Origin: Clostridiales bacterium
GTDB taxonomy: Bacteria > Bacillota > Clostridia > Lachnospirales > Lachnospiraceae
NCBI GenBank assembly: GCA_029010495.1
Contig: JAQXKO010000012.1
Location: 9,067 to 73,066, forward strand
Direction: 5' to 3'
Length of the DNA stretch: 64,000 bases
Positions 38,419 through 48,860 of this stretch are shown here, piece by piece. The notes below the pieces were generated by a model that made no database searches, was not told the origin of the DNA, and was given only the letters and a program-made list of their open reading frames with translations. The position numbers and the translations under genes were made by a program. Every line of letters starts with the position of its first letter. Position 1 is the first letter of the stretch.

Positions 38419-40464
38419 ATGTACGCAGATGTAATAGTTGATATATCATCACCTAATCTTGACAGAGCTTTTACGTATGAGATTCCTCAGCACCTGGAGA
38501 AAAGCATTACCCAGGGTTCCCCGGTGCTTATTCCCTTTGGCAGCGGCAATAAGCTGAGAAAAGGATATGTGACTGCTTTATACGATGAAAAGCCGAGAGT
38601 GAGTTTTGAAATCAAGCAGATTGATTCGGTTGTGAAGCAGGGCTTGTCCATAGAGGATGAATTTATGGAGCTTGCCTACAGAATGAAAAGCTATTACGGG
38701 GGGTTATTTAAGGATTCGCTAAGAACTGTTATTCCCGTAAAGAAATCCGTTAATAAAAACAGGGCAAAGGTGAAGGTTGATCCGTTTCCCGAAATAAGTG
38801 AAATAAAAAAACAGTATCCCGAAGGGATAGGAAGCCGGCTGGTGCTTAATGATGAGCAGCGACTTGCGGCAGAAACTATTTGCAATAACATCGGGAGCGG
38901 AAAGAGTAAAACATTTCTTCTTCACGGGGTTACGGGGAGCGGTAAAACAGAAGTATATATTGAAGCCATCAAAAGGACTATAGAGCGTGGTTACCAGACA
39001 ATTGTACTAATACCTGAAATCTCACTTACTTACCAGACGGTAAGAAGATTTGTATTAAGCTTCGGCGAGAGAGTGGCATTTAGTCATAGTAAGCTGAGTC
39101 AGGGCGAAAGATATATACAGAGCGAGAATGCAAAAAACGGAATGATAGATATTATGATAGGTCCGCGCTCGGCACTATTCACTCCGTTTAAAAAACTCGG
39201 ACTTATTATAATAGATGAGGAGCATGAGGCGAGCTATAAGTCGGAATCAACTCCGAAGTATCATGCAAGGGAAGTGGCTGAATGGAGAGCAGGCATGACA
39301 AATGCAACCCTGCTGCTCGGTTCTGCAACTCCTTCAGTCGAATCATATAAAAAAGCACTTGACGGAGAATATGAGCTGTTAAAACTTACTAAAAGAGCCG
39401 GCAATGCCTCTCTTCCGTCTGCTTCAATAGTTGACATGAGAGAGGAAATGAAGAAGGGGAATAAATCAGTCTTTTCTGCTTCACTGGCAATGAAAATTGA
39501 CGAAAGACTTAAAAAAAAGGAACAGATAATGCTGTTTCTGAACAGAAGAGGCTATGCCGGCTTTGTTGCCTGCAGAAGCTGCGGCCATGTTCCGAAATGT
39601 CCTCATTGTGATATATCACTTACGCTTCACAGCGACGGGGGACTTCACTGTCACTATTGCGGATATGTTGAGGCTAAGACAAAGAACTGCAATAAATGCG
39701 GGTCGCCTTATTATGCGGGATTTGGCAGCGGAACCCAGAAAATAGAGGATTTAATTAAAAAAAGATGGCCTCAGGCAAGAGTGCTCAGAATGGATGCAGA
39801 TACAACCAGGACGAAAGGTTCCTTTGAAAGGATTCTCTCTGATTTCAGACAGGAACGGGCTGACATACTTATCGGAACCCAGATGATTGTAAAAGGTCAT
39901 GATTTTGCAAAGGTTACGCTGGTTGGTATTCTGGCTGCGGATTTGTCGATGTATGCAGGTGACTTCAGGGCAGGAGAGAGAACATACCAGCTTATAGCCC
40001 AGGCTCTCGGAAGAGCCGGAAGGTCTGAACTGCCGGGGGAGGCAGTTATACAGACATATAATCCTGAGCAGTTCTGCATACAGGCAGCGGCTAAGGGTGA
40101 TTACGAGGCTTTTTATCATCAGGAAAATATGTACAGACAATTACTCGGTTATCCGCCAAACAGTAATATGTGCGTTATTTTTATACAGTCTGAAAAGGAT
40201 GAAGCCGCAAAGCAGGCAAGTGTAAAAATAAAATATGCCGTAAATACATACTGTGTCAAAACAGGTGAGAAATTTGCGATAACCGGACCTGCGGCGGCAA
40301 ATATAAAGAAGCTTAATGATATTTACAGATATGTTATTTATGTTAAACATAAAGATTATGATAAATTGGTGGGATTAAAGGATTCGCTGGAATACTTTAT
40401 TGACAATCTTAATATTAATGACGCGACGGTTCAGTTTGATTTTAATCCTATGAACAGTTATTAA
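38419..40464 (+). CDS. priA: Primosomal protein N' (replication restart helicase PriA)
   Basis: Walker A GVTGSGKTEVY, DEEHE box, and a Cys-rich Zn region (CRSCGHVPKCPHCDISL..CHYCG..CNKCG). Confidence 0.9.
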   Translation: MYADVIVDISSPNLDRAFTYEIPQHLEKSITQGSPVLIPFGSGNKLRKGYVTALYDEKPRVSFEIKQIDSVVKQGLSIEDEFMELAYRMKSYYGGLFKDSLRTVIPVKKSVNKNRAKVKVDPFPEISEIKKQYPEGIGSRLVLNDEQRLAAETICNNIGSGKSKTFLLHGVTGSGKTEVYIEAIKRTIERGYQTIVLIPEISLTYQTVRRFVLSFGERVAFSHSKLSQGERYIQSENAKNGMIDIMIGPRSALFTPFKKLGLIIIDEEHEASYKSESTPKYHAREVAEWRAGMTNATLLLGSATPSVESYKKALDGEYELLKLTKRAGNASLPSASIVDMREEMKKGNKSVFSASLAMKIDERLKKKEQIMLFLNRRGYAGFVACRSCGHVPKCPHCDISLTLHSDGGLHCHYCGYVEAKTKNCNKCGSPYYAGFGSGTQKIEDLIKKRWPQARVLRMDADTTRTKGSFERILSDFRQERADILIGTQMIVKGHDFAKVTLVGILAADLSMYAGDFRAGERTYQLIAQALGRAGRSELPGEAVIQTYNPEQFCIQAAAKGDYEAFYHQENMYRQLLGYPPNSNMCVIFIQSEKDEAAKQASVKIKYAVNTYCVKTGEKFAITGPAAANIKKLNDIYRYVIYVKHKDYDKLVGLKDSLEYFIDNLNINDATVQFDFNPMNSY

Positions 40465-40474
40465 GGAGGAATAT

Positions 40475-40972
40475 ATGGCACTTAGAACAATTAGAACACA
40501 GGGGGATGCAGTTCTTGGAAAGGTATGCAAGAAGGTAACAGAAAGTAATGAACGTCTTCTTGACCTTGTAAAGGATATGTATGAGACAATGTATGATGCG
40601 CAGGGCGTAGGCCTTGCAGCTCCGCAGATTGGCGTTTTGAAAAGAATATGTGTTATTGATGTATCACCTGACTGCAGCGAGCCTATATGTCTTGTAAATC
40701 CGGTCATTGTGGAATATTCCGAGGAAACACAGACAGGCTATGAAGGCTGTCTTTCCGTTCCCGATAAAACAGGGATTGTAACGAGAGCCATGAAAGTTAA
40801 GGTGGAGGCATTTGATGAATATCTCAAGCCTGTTACGATAGAGGGTGAGGCTCTCCTGGCAAGGGCGCTTCAGCATGAAATTGACCACCTTGACGGTCAC
40901 CTTTATGTTGAAAAGGTCGAGGGCAGATTATTTGATAATTCTGAATTCGAATCAGAGGATGCGGAGGAATAA
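40475..40972 (+). CDS. def: Peptide deformylase
   Basis: Motifs GVGLAAPQIG, EGCLSVP and HEIDHLDG. Confidence 0.95.
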   Translation: MALRTIRTQGDAVLGKVCKKVTESNERLLDLVKDMYETMYDAQGVGLAAPQIGVLKRICVIDVSPDCSEPICLVNPVIVEYSEETQTGYEGCLSVPDKTGIVTRAMKVKVEAFDEYLKPVTIEGEALLARALQHEIDHLDGHLYVEKVEGRLFDNSEFESEDAEE

Positions 40973-40980
40973 ACTGTTAT

Positions 40981-41907
40981 ATGAAAATAATTTATATGGG
41001 TACGCCGGAAATTGCAGCCGTTATTTTAAAGGATTTATTAAAAGGCGGACATGAGGTTGTACTCTGTGTAACACAGCCTGACAGGCCGAAGGGAAGAGGT
41101 CATGAAATGGCAATGTCAGATGTTAAGAAGGTAGCACTTGAGAATAATATACCGGTATATCAGCCTGAAAAAATCAGGGAGAAGGAGTGTGTAGAATATC
41201 TTAAGGGGTATGATGCAGACATAATTGTTGTGGCGGCTTTCGGCCAGATTCTGTCTAAGCCGATACTTGAAATGACTCCTTTCGGATGTATCAATGTACA
41301 TGCCTCGATTCTTCCGGCCTACAGGGGAGCTGCCCCGATACAGTGGGCAATTATTGACGGTCTTGATAAAACAGGCATTACAATCATGCAGATGGATGAA
41401 GGACTTGATACAGGTGATATTATCCTGAAATCAGAGGTTTCAATTGATGCTGACGAAACAGGAGGAAGTCTTCACGACAAGCTTGCGGCAGAAGGCGGCA
41501 GGGCGCTTCTTGAGGCAATAGAACTGTTGCGTGAGGGTAAGGCGACATTTACACCGCAGGGTGAGGCGACAACTCATTATGCGTTCATGCTGAATAAGAA
41601 AATGGGTGAGCTTATATTTACTAAAAGTGCCGCAGAGCTTGAGCGTACCGCCAGAGGATTATCACCATGGCCCGGTGCATACACATTTCTGGACGGAAGG
41701 ATGATTAAGATTACGAGCTGCAGGGCAATCGCCTGTGAGACAGACTGCGAGCCCGGAAGTGCGGTAATAATCGACAGGGACAGCTTTGCCATAAAGACAG
41801 GTGACGGCGCACTTTTGATAGAAAAGTTAAAGCCTGAGGGCAAAAAGGAGATGACAGCTGCAGAATATCTCAGGGGAAAATCTGTAGACGGAAAGGTTTT
41901 TGGATAA
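40981..41907 (+). CDS. fmt: Methionyl-tRNA formyltransferase
   Basis: N-terminus KIIYMGTPE, the motif INVHASILPAYRGAAPIQWAI, and position after def. Confidence 0.95.
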   Translation: MKIIYMGTPEIAAVILKDLLKGGHEVVLCVTQPDRPKGRGHEMAMSDVKKVALENNIPVYQPEKIREKECVEYLKGYDADIIVVAAFGQILSKPILEMTPFGCINVHASILPAYRGAAPIQWAIIDGLDKTGITIMQMDEGLDTGDIILKSEVSIDADETGGSLHDKLAAEGGRALLEAIELLREGKATFTPQGEATTHYAFMLNKKMGELIFTKSAAELERTARGLSPWPGAYTFLDGRMIKITSCRAIACETDCEPGSAVIIDRDSFAIKTGDGALLIEKLKPEGKKEMTAAEYLRGKSVDGKVFG

Positions 41908-43282
41908 TATGACTGACAGGGGATTGTCTTATCAGATATTGCTCGATATATTCTATAAAAATGAATTATCACATATTGCATTAAAAAAAGTATTTGATAC
42001 CATTAACGATAAATCAGAGACAAATAAAGCATTTGTCAAGACGCTTGTAAATGGTGTGTGCGAATATTATGAGTCATTCGGATATATTATAAGCAGTATG
42101 ACCGGAAGAGGTATTTCTAAGCTTAAGCCTCAGATAAGAATAATAATATCAATGGGTCTGTATCAGGGGTTTTTTATGAATGTACCCATTAGTGCAGCCT
42201 GCAATGAGAGCGTAAAGCTTGCCAAAAAGAACGGATTTACCGGTCTGTCGGGCTTCGTCAACGGTGTAATGCGAAACGTTTTCAGAATTGGTGAGGATTA
42301 CACACAGGTTACTGCCAAAATATTAGATGATAATAAAGCTGATGAAAAGACAAGGCTTGTTGTAAAATATTCAATACCTGCTTATATTGCAGATATATAT
42401 GAAGAGCAGTTTGGCAGGGAAAATGCCGAAGCGGCATTTGAAGCCTTCCTTGTAAAAAGAAAAGTTACAATTGTTCGTATCACGTCAAACTGCAGTTCTG
42501 AGGAATTGGAGGCTTCGCTTAAAAAGGACGGATATGAATTCAGGGCAATAGACGGTAACAGAGAAATATATGAGCTGTCAGGTCCTGTTGTGATTACGGA
42601 GCCGGAAGCATATAAAAAGGGTTATTTTATCGTTCAGGACCTTTCCTCGTATCTTGCCGGAAGGGTAATTAATAAAACAGACAGGCCATTAGTTCTTGAT
42701 ATGTGTGCCGCTCCGGGCGGAAAGCTGTTACATATGGCTGATACAATTAAATCATGGGGCGGAGTTATTACCGGTCGTGATTTGTCTGTGCAAAAGGTGA
42801 ATCTAATTAATCAGAATATCAAAAGAGTGCGACTGGATAATGTGACGGCTGAGGTAATGGATGCCACGGTTATTAACGAGGCTGATATAGATAAATACGA
42901 TGTGGTGATGGCTGATTTACCCTGCTCCGGACTCGGTGTTATCGCAAAAAAGCCTGATATCAGATACAAGACCGGCCCGGATGATATCATTTCACTTTCT
43001 AAAATTCAGAAAAGCATACTTAAAAATGCCGTAAAGTATGTTAAGAAGGATGGTTTTCTTTTATACAGCACATGTACACTTACAAGAGAAGAAAATGAAG
43101 AAAATGCATTGTTTATTAAGAGCTTTGGCTTTGAAGGTGTTGATATAAAAGAGTATTTTGATTTGATAAAAGAAGATATTGTAATAAAAGATAATTGTTT
43201 AAGTATACTTCCGACTAAAAGTCATGACGGCTTCTTTGCCGCATTATTCAAAAAAACGGAGAAATATTATGACAGATATTAA
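41900..43282 (+). CDS. rsmB: 16S rRNA (cytosine-C5) methyltransferase RsmB
   Basis: NusB-like N-terminus plus an MTase domain (DMCAAPGGK, ADLPCSGLG, YSTCT). The start is ambiguous: TTG 41900 or ATG 41909. Confidence 0.85.
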   Translation: MDNMTDRGLSYQILLDIFYKNELSHIALKKVFDTINDKSETNKAFVKTLVNGVCEYYESFGYIISSMTGRGISKLKPQIRIIISMGLYQGFFMNVPISAACNESVKLAKKNGFTGLSGFVNGVMRNVFRIGEDYTQVTAKILDDNKADEKTRLVVKYSIPAYIADIYEEQFGRENAEAAFEAFLVKRKVTIVRITSNCSSEELEASLKKDGYEFRAIDGNREIYELSGPVVITEPEAYKKGYFIVQDLSSYLAGRVINKTDRPLVLDMCAAPGGKLLHMADTIKSWGGVITGRDLSVQKVNLINQNIKRVRLDNVTAEVMDATVINEADIDKYDVVMADLPCSGLGVIAKKPDIRYKTGPDDIISLSKIQKSILKNAVKYVKKDGFLLYSTCTLTREENEENALFIKSFGFEGVDIKEYFDLIKEDIVIKDNCLSILPTKSHDGFFAALFKKTEKYYDRY

Positions 43283-44324
43283 ATCACTGGACAGGGATGA
43301 ATTAAAAGAATATATTATATCTCTTGACGAAAAAGCCTTTCGTGCGTCACAGGTGTATGACTGGATTCATAAAAAGCTTGTAAGTGATTTTGATGAGATG
43401 ACAAATATTCCTAAATCACTTATTGAAAAATTAAAGAATGATGCCACTCTTAATACCTCGAAGCTTATATGTGAAAAGATTTCCCAAAAGGGAGACACTA
43501 AAAAATATCTGTTTGGTTTGTCGGACGGTAATTGCATCGAAAGCGTGTGGATGCAATACAGGCATGGCAATTCTGTATGCATAAGCTCTCAGGTGGGCTG
43601 CAGGATGGGGTGTAAGTTCTGCGCTTCAACACTGGGCGGTCTTGTAAGGAATCTTACGCCTTCGGAAATGCTCGAGCAGGTATATGCAATTACAAGGCTT
43701 ACCGGGGAGCGTGTAAGCAATATAGTTATAATGGGCAGCGGCGAGCCGTTCGATAATTTTGAAACGGTTATAAGGTTTGTAAGGCTGATAAGTGATGACG
43801 GCGGTCTGAATATAAGCAAACGAAATATTACCATTTCAACATGCGGTATTGTTCCCGGAATAAAGAAGCTTGCTGATTTAAATACCGGAATTACGCTTGC
43901 TATTTCGCTTCATGCATACAATGATGAAAAAAGAAAAGAAATAATGCCTGTTGCAAATGCATATTCTATTAAAGAAATACTGGATGCCTGCAGATATTAT
44001 TTTGATACTACGGGAAGAAGAGTCAGCTTCGAATACAGTCTGATAGCAGGAGTTAATGACGGTGAGGAAGATGCGAGAGGACTGGTTAATATACTGAAGA
44101 ATATGTCGGCTCATGTTAATCTTATACCGGTAAATCCGGTAAAAGAGAGGAATTATACACGGTCGGATATTAAGAATGTCTTACATTTTCAGCAAATACT
44201 TGAAAAAAACGGATTAAATGCTACTATTAGAAGAGAAATGGGAAAGGATATTGAAGCTGCATGCGGTCAGCTGAGAAGAAGCTACGAGCAGAATCTTGTT
44301 GATAAGGGGGATACAAAAGGATGA
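43269..44324 (+). CDS. rlmN: 23S rRNA/tRNA adenine-C2 methyltransferase RlmN (radical SAM)
   Basis: Start at MTDIKSLDRDEL. CxxxCxxC cluster motif CRMGCKFCAS and C-terminal AACGQL. Confidence 0.9.
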   Translation: MTDIKSLDRDELKEYIISLDEKAFRASQVYDWIHKKLVSDFDEMTNIPKSLIEKLKNDATLNTSKLICEKISQKGDTKKYLFGLSDGNCIESVWMQYRHGNSVCISSQVGCRMGCKFCASTLGGLVRNLTPSEMLEQVYAITRLTGERVSNIVIMGSGEPFDNFETVIRFVRLISDDGGLNISKRNITISTCGIVPGIKKLADLNTGITLAISLHAYNDEKRKEIMPVANAYSIKEILDACRYYFDTTGRRVSFEYSLIAGVNDGEEDARGLVNILKNMSAHVNLIPVNPVKERNYTRSDIKNVLHFQQILEKNGLNATIRREMGKDIEAACGQLRRSYEQNLVDKGDTKG

Positions 44325-45043
44325 AGTCATATGCGGTAACAGATATTGGTGTTAAGAGAACAATGAATCAGGATACCTTTTTTTGTACGGAAGAAAGCGT
44401 CGGTATTCTTCCGAACTGCTTTATTGTTGCGGACGGTATGGGAGGACATAATGCAGGAGATATAGCTTCAAAACTGGTTGTGTCATCCTTTGTGTCACAT
44501 TTAAAGACTTCCTCGGAGAGGACACCGATTCAGGCAATCGAAGAGGCGATAAAGGCAAGCAATGAGGAGCTTATTGCAAAGGCGATGGATGTCAAAGAGC
44601 TTGAGGGTATGGGAACAACTTTTGTAATGGCAACATTAATTGATGACGAATTAATGGTTGCAAATATCGGAGACAGCCGTCTTTATCTTATCAAGGATGA
44701 CAAAATCATTCAGATTACAAGAGACCATTCACTTGTGGCAGAGATGGTAAGAAAAGGGGAAATCAAAAAGGAAGAGGCACGTTTTCATCCTCAGAAAAAT
44801 GTTGTTTTGAGAGCAATCAGCACTCAGGGCGTTGTTTCACCTGATTTTTACAAGATAAAGGTTAAAAAAGATGATATTTTTCTATTGTGTTCTGACGGAT
44901 TATCTGATATGCTAGAAGATACTGAAATAATAAAAACGATTGGCGAATACAGTGAAGTCAGTGATATAGCGGAACGTATGGTTGTACTTGCAAACGAAAA
45001 CGGAGGCAAGGATAATATTACACTCGTACTGGTTAAGGTTTGA
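44321..45043 (+). CDS. stp: PP2C-family Ser/Thr phosphatase (Stp/PrpC)
   Basis: ADGMGGHNAG, LLCSDGLSD and GGKDNITLVLV. Confidence 0.9.
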   Translation: MKSYAVTDIGVKRTMNQDTFFCTEESVGILPNCFIVADGMGGHNAGDIASKLVVSSFVSHLKTSSERTPIQAIEEAIKASNEELIAKAMDVKELEGMGTTFVMATLIDDELMVANIGDSRLYLIKDDKIIQITRDHSLVAEMVRKGEIKKEEARFHPQKNVVLRAISTQGVVSPDFYKIKVKKDDIFLLCSDGLSDMLEDTEIIKTIGEYSEVSDIAERMVVLANENGGKDNITLVLVKV

Positions 45044-45124
45044 TATTAACAAAGCAATTTGTTATATATATATTTATGAAAATAGGAGAACGAACAGGCA
45101 TTTGCCGGAAAGGAATATTTATTT

Positions 45125-47224
45125 ATGACTATGGTTAAAGCGGGTTATTTTATAAATGAACGTTATGAAATTATTGCCATTATTGGCTCTGGTGGAACAG
45201 CGGACGTATATAAAGCCAAAGACCACAGATTAAATCGTTTTGTCGCAATTAAGATTCTTAAGCAGAATTATATCGGTGATTCAAAGATTGTCGCAAAATT
45301 CAGGCAGGAAGCACAGGCTTGTGCCGGACTTACTCATCCGAATATTGTAAGCGTTTTCGATGTAGGTAACGACGGAGACTTACATTATATCGTTATGGAA
45401 CTCATCGAAGGTATTACACTTAAAAAATTCATTGAGAAAAAGGGAAAGCTTGAGGTTAAGGAAGCTGTAGGTATTGCAATTCAGATTGCCCAGGGACTTG
45501 ATGCGGCTCACGCCAACCACATTGTTCACAGAGATATTAAACCACAGAATATTATTATTTCACGTGAAGGTAAGGTTAAGGTAACGGATTTCGGTATTGC
45601 AAGAGCTACCTTTAAGACAAGCACCAACACTATTAATCAGGCTCCTGTAGGTTCAGTGCATTATCTGTCACCTGAGCAGGCAAGAGGCGGATTCAGTGAT
45701 GAGAGAAGTGATATTTATTCTCTTGGTGTTACAATTTACGAAATGCTTTCAGGAAAGGTTCCGTTCTCGGGAGAAAATAATGTGTCTGTTGCACTTCTTC
45801 ATATTCAGGGTGAGGCTACTCCTCTTTGCGAGCTTAATGATGCCGTTACTCCTTCTGTTGAAAAGATTGTTGCAAAGTGTATGCAGAAGAGACCTGAGAG
45901 AAGATATTTTTCCGCTGCTGAGCTCATTAGGGATTTGAAGGCGGCAATTGTTAATCCTACAGGTGATTTTGTAAAGATGGGAATGGCTGTCAATGATGCG
46001 CCTACGATTAATATGACTGCAGATGAGCTGTCTGAAATTAAAAATAATGCTCATTCCGATTCGATACTTGATGAAGATTATGAAGCCGAGGATGAGCCGG
46101 ATGATGATGACGATTTCGATGAAGTAAACTCTAAGACTGAGAAGATTGTCATCATTGCAACTATTGCAGTTATTCTTCTGTTCCTCGGAGTAATTGTTTA
46201 TTTTGTGATTAGTAAGTTTGACCTTATCGGTTCATCTTCTACCAATACAGGTAAGGAACAGACACTTAAGCTTTCAAATGCAGATATTTCAAAGCTTCTT
46301 GCAAGAGACCTTACACTTGATGAATTAAAAAAGATACTTAATGAAGAATATAATATTACAACATTTTCCACAAGATTTACAACAAGTAATTCCTTTGAGG
46401 AAAATCATGTAATGAATATTTCTTATGAATCGGATATTCTTCTTATTGAAGTAAGTCAGGGACCTGAGCAGATAAGAACAGTCAGGATGATAAGCGTAGT
46501 CGGCCTGTCAGCCCAGGATGCCAGAGAAAAGCTCAAAAATGAGGTGTCACAGGATCTTAAGATTGAATTTGTTGAGAATTCAGATTATACATCAGATTCA
46601 TTTAATACCATACTCAAGCAGAGTATTGAGGAAGGTGAACTTATACCTTATGATTCCGAGATTACACTTACTTACAGTAAAGGTCCTTTAACACTTCAGG
46701 TTCCTAATATCAACTCATATACAAAGCAGATGGTTGAAACACAGTACAGTGACTCATTCACACTTAAGTTTGAATATGATATGGAAAATGATTATTCAAC
46801 AGATAAGTCTGATATTGTGGTTCGTACATCCCCTGAGGCTAATTCTCCAATTAACAAGGGTGATACGCTTATAGTATATCTTTCTCCAAGTATAATTAAG
46901 GTTCCTGAAGTTAGAGGAAAGACAGAAGAAGAGGCTACCGCACTCCTTAAGGGTAAGAGCTTTAAGGTTACTGTTGTTGAAGTATATGATGCTGAAATTG
47001 AGAAAGGAAAGGTTGTAAGCCAGAGCCTGGCTGCCGATTCTTCAGTTGACAGAGGCGCTTCAATTACAATTAATGTTTCAAAGGGTGTTGAGCCTACGCC
47101 GGAACCAACAAAGGAACCGACACCTGTGCCAACAAAGGAGACGACACCGGAGGTTACCGTTCAACCGGATGAGCCTACTCCTTCACTTGCTCCTCCCGAA
47201 GAGGAAACACCTTTGGAAAATTAG
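45125..47224 (+). CDS. prkC: PASTA-domain Ser/Thr protein kinase (PrkC/PknB-like)
   Basis: Hanks kinase motifs (GSGGTADVY, HRDIKPQNI, DFGIA, SPEQ). One TM segment. PASTA-like extracellular repeats. Pro/Thr-rich C-terminal tail. Confidence 0.9.
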   Translation: MTMVKAGYFINERYEIIAIIGSGGTADVYKAKDHRLNRFVAIKILKQNYIGDSKIVAKFRQEAQACAGLTHPNIVSVFDVGNDGDLHYIVMELIEGITLKKFIEKKGKLEVKEAVGIAIQIAQGLDAAHANHIVHRDIKPQNIIISREGKVKVTDFGIARATFKTSTNTINQAPVGSVHYLSPEQARGGFSDERSDIYSLGVTIYEMLSGKVPFSGENNVSVALLHIQGEATPLCELNDAVTPSVEKIVAKCMQKRPERRYFSAAELIRDLKAAIVNPTGDFVKMGMAVNDAPTINMTADELSEIKNNAHSDSILDEDYEAEDEPDDDDDFDEVNSKTEKIVIIATIAVILLFLGVIVYFVISKFDLIGSSSTNTGKEQTLKLSNADISKLLARDLTLDELKKILNEEYNITTFSTRFTTSNSFEENHVMNISYESDILLIEVSQGPEQIRTVRMISVVGLSAQDAREKLKNEVSQDLKIEFVENSDYTSDSFNTILKQSIEEGELIPYDSEITLTYSKGPLTLQVPNINSYTKQMVETQYSDSFTLKFEYDMENDYSTDKSDIVVRTSPEANSPINKGDTLIVYLSPSIIKVPEVRGKTEEEATALLKGKSFKVTVVEVYDAEIEKGKVVSQSLAADSSVDRGASITINVSKGVEPTPEPTKEPTPVPTKETTPEVTVQPDEPTPSLAPPEEETPLEN

Positions 47225-47245
47225 GAATATTTGGAGTACGCTTTG

Positions 47246-48163
47246 ATGCAAAAACAGAATATTACAATTAATTTCGATTCCCTTTATGATGGTAAAATCA
47301 TAAAGGGAATTGCAGGTTTTTATTATGTATTTGTGGAAGATTTAGGTATTGTATCATGCAAGGCCAGGGGAGAATTCAGAAATCGCAGACTTAAGCCTCT
47401 TGTCGGTGACATGGTGTTAATTAAGATACTTGATGCTTCTGCAATGACAGGAAGTATTGAAGATATTCTTCCGAGAAAAAATACACTTATACGTCCTGCA
47501 GCCGCAAATATTGACCAGGCCGTTGTTGTATTTGCCATGGCTAAGCCTGAGCCTCATCTTAATCTTCTGGACCGCTTTCTTATTATTATGAAAAAGCAGA
47601 ATGTTCCTGTTGTAATTCTTTTTAATAAGACCGATCTTGATGAAAAAAACAGGGTGGCTTATTTCAGAAAAATATATGAAGACTGCGGCTACAAAACTCT
47701 GGATATGGTGGCCAGGGACGGAGTGAACATCCATATGCTTTCCGAAATTATTACCGGGAAAACCACAGTGCTTGCCGGACCAAGCGGAGTAGGAAAGTCA
47801 ACGATAATGAACCTGTGTCAGCCCGAAGCCAATATGGAAACGGGAGAAATCAGCCGCAAAATCGGACGCGGTAAAAATACTACAAGGCATACGGAGCTTG
47901 TATATGTGAAAAAGAATACATATCTGCTTGACACACCAGGCTTTTCAAGCCTGTATTTAGATGATATTGAGCCGGAGGATTTGATTTCCTGCTACAGTGA
48001 ATTTGAAAAACACGAGGCGTTATGTCGTTTTGGCGGCTGTTCACATATTAAGGAAAAGGAATGCGGTGTGAAAGCGGCTCTTGCAAAAGGAATTATTTAT
48101 CAGGAAAGATATGATAATTATTGCAAATTATATGAGGAAATAAATTCCAGAAAAAAATACTAG
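47246..48163 (+). CDS. rsgA: Ribosome small-subunit-dependent GTPase A
   Basis: Circularly permuted GTPase (NKTDL, then GPSGVGKST). C-terminal zinc motif CRFGGCSHIKEKECGV. TTG 47231 is an alternative start. Confidence 0.9.
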   Translation: MQKQNITINFDSLYDGKIIKGIAGFYYVFVEDLGIVSCKARGEFRNRRLKPLVGDMVLIKILDASAMTGSIEDILPRKNTLIRPAAANIDQAVVVFAMAKPEPHLNLLDRFLIIMKKQNVPVVILFNKTDLDEKNRVAYFRKIYEDCGYKTLDMVARDGVNIHMLSEIITGKTTVLAGPSGVGKSTIMNLCQPEANMETGEISRKIGRGKNTTRHTELVYVKKNTYLLDTPGFSSLYLDDIEPEDLISCYSEFEKHEALCRFGGCSHIKEKECGVKAALAKGIIYQERYDNYCKLYEEINSRKKY

Positions 48164-48173
48164 AGGAGGCAGT

Positions 48174-48830
48174 ATGAAAAAATTATCACCGTCAATTTTA
48201 TCAGCGGATTTTAATATCCTCGGTTCTCAGATTGAGACTATCAGACAGTCAGGAGCCGATTATCTCCATATTGACGTTATGGATGGTGCGTTTGTTAAGA
48301 GTATTTCCTACGGTATGCCGCTTATAAAGTCTATCAGAAAAAATACTGATTTATTTTTTGACGTTCATCTGATGATTAACGAGCCTATACGATATATTCG
48401 TGAGTTTGCAGAGTGCGGTGCAGACCTGATTAACGTACATTACGAGGCATGCTCTGATATTACCTCCACGCTTGAGGAAATCAGAAAGACGGGGGTAAAA
48501 GCAGGACTTACCATAAAGCCGGGTACGGATGTATCTGTGTTAAAAGAATTTATTGATAAGGTTGATTTGATTCTTCTTATGTCTGTGGAGCCGGGATTTG
48601 GCGGACAGAAATTTATAGAAAGCACATATACCAGGCTTGCTCTTTTAAAGGCGATGGTCAGCTGTCTTGATAATCCGCCTGAAATAGAAGTGGATGGCGG
48701 AATTAATCTGCTGAATGCCAAAAAGGTCCTTGATGCCGGAGCGGATGTTATTGTTGCGGGCAGTTCGATTTTTAAAGGTGACCTCAAGGAAAACCTTGAT
48801 GCATTTATGAATATTTGCAGGAGCGTATAA
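48174..48830 (+). CDS. rpe: Ribulose-phosphate 3-epimerase
   Basis: PSILSADF, HIDVMDG, and MSVEPGFGGQKF. Confidence 0.95.
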   Translation: MKKLSPSILSADFNILGSQIETIRQSGADYLHIDVMDGAFVKSISYGMPLIKSIRKNTDLFFDVHLMINEPIRYIREFAECGADLINVHYEACSDITSTLEEIRKTGVKAGLTIKPGTDVSVLKEFIDKVDLILLMSVEPGFGGQKFIESTYTRLALLKAMVSCLDNPPEIEVDGGINLLNAKKVLDAGADVIVAGSSIFKGDLKENLDAFMNICRSV

Positions 48831-48860
48831 GCTAAATACCTATTTTAAAATGAGGAAAAC

